Shown here piece after piece: positions 38,105-46,809 of a stretch of DNA of 64,000 bases. The notes beneath the pieces are model-generated. The model did not search any database. It worked only from the letters and a program-made list of their open reading frames with translations, and was not told the DNA's origin. A program made the translations under genes and the position numbers. The stretch spans positions 52,516,001 to 52,580,000 of the forward strand of contig OZ249436.1 in NCBI GenBank assembly GCA_965235115.1, given 5' to 3'. Each line of letters begins with the position of its first letter. Position 1 is the first letter of the stretch. This stretch comes from Laetmonice hystrix. Its lineage: Eukaryota.

Positions 38105-39382
38105 TTAATCAGCTGATGACCTAGCAAGGGTCTCTCTAACAGACATCAAGGTTTTACCAAGTTCATTTCGTCCATTCCACTCGCGGGTTTTCAGTCTTGA
38201 ATCATGTAGTCGTAGTCCCGCGCCCCAAAACTTATCCATGCTTGCCTCAACAAGAGTAGCTTCCTTTGTATTCAGGAGCACCTGACCGATACGATTGTTT
38301 TGCTTAAACTTTTCCAGACATCCTTTGGACATAACCTCCATCTTTAACTCATTCCATCGACTACCTGTAGGTACCCTAAGTCTGTCACCAGTACGTTTCA
38401 TCTCTACTGGGTTCATTGTGTTCAATATCTTACTTGCTGCGTCTTGGTTGTTACATTCAAGTGCCTTTTGGTGCTGGTAGTATTGCTCATTACACATATA
38501 TTGTATACCGTCCACTTTCATAGATATTTTGAAGAAGTTTGACAGCGGCGAACGACTAGTGTAGAAAGCCACGATGTCCTCTGCTACAGTTGGTGTACTT
38601 GCTTTTTCGGGATCAATCTCATCTGGTAGTTGGTCCAGTGTGTCGATGCTGTATGTTATCCCATCTATAAGGCACTTGTCAGCTGAGAGTGTCGCTCGTC
38701 GGCCGCACCTGCGTGCATATTTTACCACCGTATTCAGGATAGATCGACGATGTCTAATCTCACTTGGGAAATCCTCGTTAATCCATATGGGTGGATCCAG
38801 ACCTTTTAGCTGTGTTCGCTGAGCCCATACAGTGTCCCGGTCATCTATTCTTGTGAATCTTACGATCACTTGCCTGCTCTTTCCTCCGAAGGACGCCCCA
38901 ATCCGATGACATTTGTCAATGTCAATTTGTTGTACGATCCCAAGTTTCTGTTCGATAAAGTCTTTCAGGATCTTTCGTATATCCTCATCTTGGGTTTCTT
39001 TCAACCCATCAAAAATAAGATTGTGTTTTCGACTGTATGTCTCGGAGTTCAGAAAGGCTTCCTTGAGTTTGCTCACCTCAGCACTCAACTGTTTGTTTTT
39101 GGCTTGTTCGCTCTTCAGTTCTTCTTTCACAGTGTGTAAGGCATATTTATGGTCTTTTAGATCCTGCTGTATAGAGTCAACTTGCCCTTGTGTAAACTGT
39201 ACTGATTGCGTCAGGTCTTGTACCTGAGTAGTAATGTCACGCCTGAGTTGTTCTAACTGCATAGGAAGGCTGTCCAGCTTTTGTGCCTGCTGGTCAAGTC
39301 GGTCTAATAATAACTGCTGGAATTCTTCCGACTTCATGTTTCTGGTAGATTTTCTCGTTTTACCTTCCTTTTCGGCAGACAT
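38105..39382 (-). CDS. LINE ORF1 (425 aa from first ATG): coiled coil + L1/Tnp22-type RRM-CTD + C-terminal NADAR (YbiA-like) domain
   Basis: Heptad-rich N-terminus; SRKHNLIFDGLKE, HRIG..RQVIVRF, IWINEDF; then FY..SPLSNFF, EQYYQHQKA, KFKQN, LVEASMDKFWGAG, GRNELGKTLMSVRE. Confidence 0.9.
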   Translation of the reverse strand: MSAEKEGKTRKSTRNMKSEEFQQLLLDRLDQQAQKLDSLPMQLEQLRRDITTQVQDLTQSVQFTQGQVDSIQQDLKDHKYALHTVKEELKSEQAKNKQLSAEVSKLKEAFLNSETYSRKHNLIFDGLKETQDEDIRKILKDFIEQKLGIVQQIDIDKCHRIGASFGGKSRQVIVRFTRIDDRDTVWAQRTQLKGLDPPIWINEDFPSEIRHRRSILNTVVKYARRCGRRATLSADKCLIDGITYSIDTLDQLPDEIDPEKASTPTVAEDIVAFYTSRSPLSNFFKISMKVDGIQYMCNEQYYQHQKALECNNQDAASKILNTMNPVEMKRTGDRLRVPTGSRWNELKMEVMSKGCLEKFKQNNRIGQVLLNTKEATLVEASMDKFWGAGLRLHDSRLKTREWNGRNELGKTLMSVRETLARSSAD

Positions 39383-42136
39383 TTGGTGCAAAGCTTCACT
39401 AGAGCTGCTCACACCACATTCATATACACGTATGCAGAAATCCAATTGTCTACTCGATTATTGCACGCAGTACTTCGCTGAAACGAGCGGACGACTATGG
39501 TTCACGCGTTACCTGTACGCCATTTTGTCTTACGGCTATTACATCCTTGTGACGTAACTTAGCCCTCTTAAGGGTTGGTGGAAGCCTGGAACTAGTAAAC
39601 GGTGCTAGATAGACCTATAGTTACTTTCGAACATGAATACATGCTCTTCGATTGAGACCAAGATTTATAACGTAATAATGACGTAACGTCCATCTTCTAA
39701 GGCTCACAAGTCGTCACAGGTGCAAGATAGTACCATAATTATCCCTATTCAGAACATGTTAGATGGGACACCCCGGGGATGGGATCCATTGTGGTACTCC
39801 ACAACGTATCTGGTTTGCTCCTGTTATCGAGTACTTCCACGTGTGAAACTATTTGGGAGAACCCCAAATATACCTACACCCAATTGCTTTTGTTTGGAGC
39901 ATAATGATTGAATCAATATTAAATTACTGTTTTGGGGCCAAAATAAAGATGTACTCCCTTTCAACCTTACTCCTTGTTAAGAGCCCTCATTTTAAACACA
40001 GCCCCTCGACCTTTCGAGCCCTCAGACACCCCTTATAAATTCTTGTGGAAGGATTAGCCTACATTAATTGCCTGTTATCGCAGTTAGAACACTATTGGAA
40101 CTCACTGCCAAAAATAGTTAAATTGTAAGCCTAAGCTCCTGATAGTTATATTTCAACAAGGCTATAGATAATAACGTTAATAAAGTTAAATCATTGTAAA
40201 TATTCCAAAGTCAGTGTATATTTATTACTAATATGATTCATCGGTTCAGTTAGCAACTTCTTATATATGTGAATAAAGTCAGTACAACTTAAAACTGCAA
40301 AGCTTTGCAAATGTCTAAACGATAAATACAGCTGATTGTTCCAAGTCTGCCCAGAACAACTAATGTAGTCATTCGCATAGATAAGATGGAATTATTTTGA
40401 GCTCTCTGAGCCTCTTTTGATAATAAATTTCAGCTCAGCTATTTGAAAACGGCCGCGGTTGTCTAGTAAACACCCCCACTTGTAACCTGAACTGGACGAC
40501 AAATGTATGGTTTGGAGAAGTCTGGGGAGCGCTGTGTAACGGTTTTAGCGGGAACAATCGTTTCACACGCACCAAACGGACTGGTCAGCGGTGGGCTTGA
40601 TGCAACCCGATATGTGCACTGCATCCAACAATCCCACTGGCTCCAGTTTAGGGCAGCAGGACTGTAATGTAAGAACGTAAAGTTGTCGTCGGAAGAGGTT
40701 CAATATTCTGAGCAGTGGTTTCTCAGCCAAGATGCCCTATACATTCGACCGCTTACGGATTGAGCACCCTCAATCAGGGGGGAGCCCCCCCCCCCAGCAC
40801 CTCGTCTAGATGCACCTGCATGAGAACCGACATCTTCCTTTAGCAAGACTTTTAGCCCAAACGTGGACCCAGAGGCATCGAGAGCCAGGGCGGCCCCCCG
40901 GTTAGCACAAATCATAGCCCCCTCCTACCAACCTACCCCTCCACCGCGTGTGTCTTTGTGTGTGTGAAGTACAGTGACAATGATATCATCAATATTTTTT
41001 TTAGGTGGGCCCCCTTATCAAAATCCTGGATCCTCCCTTGACTTCCTATCTAAAGAAAAGCCAGCTTGACCCGGGCCCCGCGGCACTAGCCCCTGCCCCC
41101 CTCTACGCCACTGCGTGGACCTCAAGAGCGTTGACCGTCTCAAGATAAAGATTGACATTATTGTTCAAGACGCCGTTGAGGACGATGATTTTAAATTTCT
41201 TAAAATTTTCGAGATTATCACAGAGACCTGCTTGAAAGTTGTAGCTTGTTGTGTTTCATAAAGTTTTGTGGCCAAGACGTTTAGTTATTTTCAGCTATTG
41301 TCAGGAATTTCCATGTGACCTGTTTAGTGTTTATGAGAACTGATACCTGAACAGGTGAGGTTTTGAGATTTTACCAAATTTTGAATGATTGTTACATGTG
41401 CACTGTATAGCAGTAGGCCTATATCACATTCACACTGTCAAAAGGTTCCAACCTATAGGCCTCTCAGTGGAAATAAAAACTGATTTCCGAACACCTTTAA
41501 TCTGATGGCAATCTGCTCGTCGAAATCGGGCAATCGGGTATAATCGGCTGTTGACCTATACTGGACAGATTTCTACTCCCGATCGCACAGAAGACCACCC
41601 GCTCCCCACCAGATCCGTAAATCTGACGGTCGGTCGGCTATTTTAGTGTGGCCCCGCCCGAAGAACACTACGAGGGTACACCCTGGTTTGTCCCGAGGGT
41701 CGGCCGTGTGGAAGAAAGTTCCGCGCTGAGCGATTGATAGATTTTCTCCCCGCACGGCATGCACTTGCCGCTTTCCATTAATGATTGGGGAAAGTGATGT
41801 GAACCTCTGGTAACACTGCACATAGTGGTAATAACACTGTTTTTAAAGCTCTTATGAGCTTATTATGTATAATGATTCTGATTGCTACAAATCTATCGCC
41901 TTTGTCATTTTGTTTTATACTTGATGCAAAAGTTAAGGTTTTGAGAGCTGGATGTTTTGAAGCTGTGAAATAAATGTTAAAATTTTTTTTTTAGGAGAAT
42001 GCATGGTTTGCACTTTAGATTTCAAAATGTTATAGGGGAGCATGCCCCCGGAGCCCCTCAGCAGTGCCCATGTACCTTCGGCACATCCTGATACACAGGC
42101 CAGAAAAAGATCTACGGTATTTTCCCTGATACATGT

Positions 42137-42295
42137 CAGTAGCGTACCCAGGGGGGTGCTTGGGTGCTCAAGCACCCCCCTCAATTTGCCAATTTTTTTT
42201 GCTTTGTTTTTGGTGCGCTTGTTACCAATTTGCAGCGCCTACGACATTGGTTATTTCCAGCACCCCCCTGGGTCCAGTTTCTGGGTACGCCACTG
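42137..42295. mobile_element. GC-rich MITE with CAG..CTG ends and 5-bp TSD
   Basis: TIR cagtagcgtacccag / ctgggtacgccactg; CATGT on both sides. Confidence 0.8.
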
Positions 42296-43079
42296 CATGT
42301 TGACAGCTGTGAACATGACATAATTGATGATCAGGCCATGGAAACCTCTGACCGCGAGCATTCTTCGGGCACCGCGCGGCTCCTCTCCCGGCACCTCTCC
42401 CGGCACGTCCCGGCTGCTCTCGAGACACCTCTCCCGGCTCTTCTCCCGACACCTCTCCCGAAACTTCTCTCGGCAACTTAGTTTTAAGGGGGGGGGGGTA
42501 AACTAGTAAACGAAACCCCTGATTGTTTCCTCAATTTACCAGCAGTATGGTGTAGTTCGACAAGGTTTGGTGACATAACAAGATGATATAATGAAAAAGG
42601 GCGGGGTCTTCGATTTTGGGTCTCTATAGGTCTTCGTTGTATAGGTACCATATCAGCACCCTATATAGCCCTAATAATATTTTCTCCGGCAAACAGTCTG
42701 TTCTTTGCAGAAAAAGAAAGTTCAGTTGATCTATAGTTGCAAAAGTACAGCAAACCAAATAGATGTGTGAATCATCACGCAGGTTACAAACTGACGAAGA
42801 AAACATTCAAGAAAACATAGTCCATACATTAGACTGATCTTCGTACGTACGTATGCCAAGGGAAAGGGGAATTTAAGACGTAGGCTACAAATTGCATGAA
42901 AATATACCATATTTAGTTATAGTCAATGACTACTAATGACTGAATATATAATTTTCTGGTGGGAACTAACCGGCTGATTCATTTCGGAAATGGCAATTCT
43001 AGGTCAGACAGAGGCTGTCACTGCAACCTGACCCACCACGATCGGACCGTCACGGTAAATTTGGTGCCAGAACTTATAA

Positions 43080-43469
43080 GGCCAAAAAAATAAAATTCCC
43101 GGTTTCTGGTCCGAAGAACATTTCAAAAGTGGTGCGGTGACGCGTTTTTTTTGGGTTTTTTCTTTGTTAAAGATTTTTTTGGGGGTGAGAGCTGGCTACA
43201 ATGGTAAGCCTCATACGATATCATGTAAAATGAACTCATAAACAAGGGCCATGACCTTTGTTGTCATCGCTTTGCATACAACACACTTCCGTTGCAATGT
43301 TAATGAAATATCCATTACAAAAATGGTTAGTTTCAAGCCTTACCACTAGGTGGAAGCGCAATTCACAGTCATCCAAGGTGAGGGGAAGAAAAAAAAACAC
43401 TGATGCGCGGCATTTGAAGTGACGCGCGCGCGGACCAGAAACCGGGATTTTTTTGGGGGGAGGGGGGCC
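43080..43469. mobile_element. MITE with TAA TSD (Harbinger-like)
   Basis: TAA|ggcc...cccggtttctggtccg ... cggaccagaaaccggg...ggcc|TAA. Confidence 0.6.
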
Positions 43470-45125
43470 TAAGGAAGAGATGCTGTCAAATTCTGAATGT
43501 CTGTCCCTTGTATGCATTTAACTGCAGCACACAACGTTGTTAAGTTAACGAGTTTCACACATGTTGGTACCAGTGCAACACTTCCATCCTGTTTGCTGGG
43601 TCATAGTTAATAATATTGCTCAAATCAATGGAAAAATAGTGGAAACCCACCCTGAGCATGACATGTCATAATATTTATTGATTTATGACAATGCCCAGCT
43701 TTTGATTTCATGAGCAAGTATCTTAAAAATATAGAATATAATGAAGGAGATCTCTGATAATGACAGGACCATAAGAAGTGTGGATGCAGACTGGGTCAGT
43801 CACGAGTGAGTCGGGAAGAGGGTGCCAATACTGTGGCCAGACAAGTGCATGCATGGTAACTGATGGTCTATACTAGGTCAGTCGGTTACCTCCCCGCCCA
43901 GCCTCCCTCCATCCCTCCGTTCTGATTCGTTCCACTCAATTAGAAAGCGATAAAGATTCTGTGAACTACGACACCCTAAGCAATGAACTGCAGATTGGAT
44001 ATGCAAGAGTAAGTTTCTGTATATATACGAAAACTTTCTGTATTAAATACAAAAACTTTCTGTATTTAATACAAAAACTTTCTGTATTAAATACAAAAAC
44101 TTTTTGTATTAAATACAAAAACTTTTTGTATTAAATACAAAAACTTTCTGTATTAAATACAAAAACTTTCTGTATTAAATACAAAAACTTTCTGTATTAA
44201 ATACAAAAACTTTCTGTATTAAATACAAAAACTTTCTGTATTAAATACAAAAACTTTCTGTATTAAATACAAAAAGTTTTTGTATTAAATACAAAAAGTT
44301 TTGGTATTTAATACAGAAAGTTTTGGTATATATACGAAAACTTTTTGTATTAAATACAAAAAGTTTTTGTATTAAATACAAGAAGTTTTTGTATTTAATA
44401 CACGCACACACACAAGTTTGTGTGTGGGTGTGTACTGAGCTGTTTATTGCCCTACACCCACACATATATTTATGTGTGTGTGTATGTCACCACCAGACCA
44501 TGGTAGGTATGGGAAGAATGCACTTTCAACCATGACCGACATTTCGGCGAATATTCGGGAATGCAACCCCACATCGGGAATGTATCACCGACAGGTCGCT
44601 GATAGGTCGCCGGACATGCGGCGGAGATCAAAATATCCCCGGAGGTTCCCTGATCCTTCGCCGAAACAACACACGAGGTTCGGGGGGACGAAGGTTTCGC
44701 GGAAGCTTAGGGGAAGCATCCCCGGGGCTTCCCCGGGGCTCGGGAAAGCTACGGGGTTGCCTCCCCGGCCTGTTTTACCGACAAAACGTCGGGAACACAT
44801 CAGGAAAAATTTCAATGCAGACATTGAAATTTTGTGCAGTTCTCCCGATGCCTCCCGATGGTTCCACATGGCTCCCGATGCTCCCGAGGCTTCCCCGGAA
44901 CACCGGGGAACCTGTTCCCGACGCCTCCCGAGGCTCTTCAATTTACATCGGGAGAACATCCCCGAGGCCAAAAATGCCCAGTGGGACTGAGCCATTAAGA
45001 GCTCTTCCGATTGTCAGATGACATCAAAATGGAGCCCGAGGAGGTCGCACTAATTGCCCTCGCCTTCGCCTTTTTGGCCGAAGGTGAGCAAGAAGAAATG
45101 GAAGAAGTTTTGGGGTTCGCTTTAG

Positions 45126-46747
45126 TACGAAAGCCCAGAAGGCTCATCCGAGATGCGAAATCCGAAATGCGAGATGTGAGATGCGAAATGCGAAATGCGA
45201 AATGCGAAATCCGAAATGCGAAATCCTGAAAAAAAAACGCTGGCCAATGAGATATAGGCCTATAGAGGTTACTTACTTTTGGTCTCACGGTTCTTTTTCA
45301 ACGGAGGAGTCAGTATGAAATGTCAGTTTTTGATTCTTTGGTCCCTTCTTTGTGATGTCAGTAAATGCATATAAAGCGTTCTTAACTGTTTTAAGGCTAC
45401 ACTGGAAAAATAGATTGGTTAAATTTAACAAATTGTGTGGTGTGATTATGGTTCATTCTAATAAGCGTAGGGCTACACCCAACTGTACTGTACCCTACCC
45501 AAACCATAGAAATCCCATAATTCCCCTTGAATGGCCATGCCGCCTTCCGGCATGGAAAGCTCGGTCGCCATCTTGAAGTGACGTAGCTGCAGCAGTAATG
45601 GCGGAGAGTAAAGTGAGAGTAGCCTACAGAAGACCATCCCGTGACCATCGTGTTTTCAGGCACAAAATAACTGAATAAACCCTGGTCAAAGTTGTCGAGT
45701 GACTGAGAACTGAGAATTTCACCTACTAAGATAACATCCATCAAAATACATTTACGTATCTGTTGAAGTAACCTCTTTTGTGTACTCTCAGCAAGTTTCA
45801 GTGCCAAAAGTGGTCTGAAACATGACTTTGAGGCGATGGTGCGCGATAGGACCAAGATACAACCCCGGCAGGATAGCAGTCGCTGGTGTATTTGTACTCG
45901 AGTCCGTATGGACGTAAGGACTAGGACTTTGACTTGTTGGAGTAGGTCAAAGGATGACAGAAGACCGGCTCCGAATGTTTCAAAATCAACTGTAACGAGA
46001 GTCCGTTGGGACTTTACATTTTGACATTTCGGATTATGGATTTCGGATTTCGGATTTCGGATTTCGCAATCTCGGATTTCGCATTTCGCATTTCGCATTT
46101 CGCATTTCGGATTTCGGATCTCGCATTTCGCATTTCGCATTTCAGATTTCGTATTTCAAATTTCGGATGGAGAGGTGGAGTTCAGGGTCTTCTCAAAGGG
46201 CACCTACCTACAGAACAGGCGCGGATAGTTCACTGCAAAACCACGGGACGCCCTCGAGCGTTGACGCGAACATCTGCAGGGGAGGGTCTGGGAAAATGTT
46301 TGAATTTAGAAGGCAAAAAAAAACTCGCTCTTTTTTAGCATCTGGAGATAGAAATTGAGACGGAAAGCGAAAGTTTCTCAACGCATTTAGGCCTAACCTA
46401 CCAATAATTTTTCTCACTTCTTCAAAAAAGGGGAGCGTGCGCCCCCACACCCCCCACTTGCCCTTGGATCCGCGCCTGCAAAAGTTAGCCAAGAAGTGCA
46501 CTTTGAGACCCAATGGGGGGTTCGACCCCCCGAACCCCCCTCTAGATCCGTGCCTGAGTAAGTAAGTAAGTAGGGGAGTAGGCATAAGTAAGTAACCTCT
46601 AACTTATTGGCCAGCGTTTTGTTTTTTTGGGGTTGTTTTGTTTGTTTTTGTTTTTTTTGTTTTTTAAGATTTTCACATCTCGCATTTCGCATTTCGCATT
46701 TCGCATTTCGCATTTCGCATCTCGCATGAGCCTTCTGGGCTTTCGTA
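45126..46747. mobile_element. Second TAC..GTA element with 6-bp TSD (IS3EU-like), 1.6 kb, with (GCGAAAT)n arrays in its TIRs
   Basis: TIR tacgaaagcccagaaggctcat / atgagccttctgggctttcgta; CTTTAG at 45120-45125 and 46748-46753. Confidence 0.85.
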
Positions 46748-46809
46748 CTTTAGACCTTCCGCGCTCTTCCGAGTACTTACGAACTCTTTATGCATGTTCC
46801 GATATCTTA

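Larger units (their letters stand above)
34577..39542 (-). mobile_element. Apparently full-length non-LTR retrotransposon (CR1/L2 group, possibly Crack/Daphne-like)
   Basis: Two uninterrupted ORFs; 22-nt poly(A) fused to AATAAA (poly-T at 34577-34598 on +); 3' stem-loop; short 5' UTR; possible ATC TSD. Confidence 0.92.
33123..39816 (+). mobile_element. Helentron-associated non-autonomous element (HINE/DINE-1-like) with internal 146-bp tandem repeats, interrupted by a LINE
   Basis: 12-bp subterminal inverted repeats atcccatccccg (33128-33139) and cggggatgggat (39774-39785); 3' hairpin ttgtgg-tact-ccacaa (39789-39804); T-rich ends; repeat unit gaataggaagtcatg at 33971, 34117, 34263, 34413. Confidence 0.8.
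29307..44505. mobile_element. 15.2-kb non-autonomous DNA transposon with about 510-bp TIRs and 6-bp TSD (IS3EU-like)
   Basis: Ends TACCATGGTCTGGTGGTGAC / GTCACCACCAGACCATGGTA; GGTATG at 29301-29306 and 44506-44511; TIRs about 29307-29818 and 43995-44505 include a 20-bp AT-rich minisatellite. Confidence 0.8.
28871..44994. mobile_element. PIF/Harbinger-type MITE interrupted by a 15.2-kb insertion
   Basis: TIR tgcttaggtcccactggg / cccagtgggactgagcca (14/18 match); TTA TSD at 28868-28870 and 44995-44997; atggctcccgatgctcccga motif in both halves. Confidence 0.8.

Noticed and set aside
38105..38575. NADAR as bacterial contamination or a stand-alone ybiA gene
   Set aside because: It is in frame with a LINE ORF1 RRM, inside an element bounded by a poly(A) tail and host HINE sequence
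29307..44505. Polinton/Maverick (15 kb, long TIRs, 6-bp TSD)
   Set aside because: No pPolB, integrase, ATPase or capsid ORFs; ends are TAC..GTA rather than AG..CT; much of the length comes from nested insertions
45029..45125. MEPEEVALIALAFAFLAEGEQEEMEE as a Harbinger transposase N-terminus
   Set aside because: Only compositional resemblance; too short to support
45397..46140. 247-aa ORF on the - strand
   Set aside because: N-terminus is a heptamer-repeat translation and the rest has no recognisable motif
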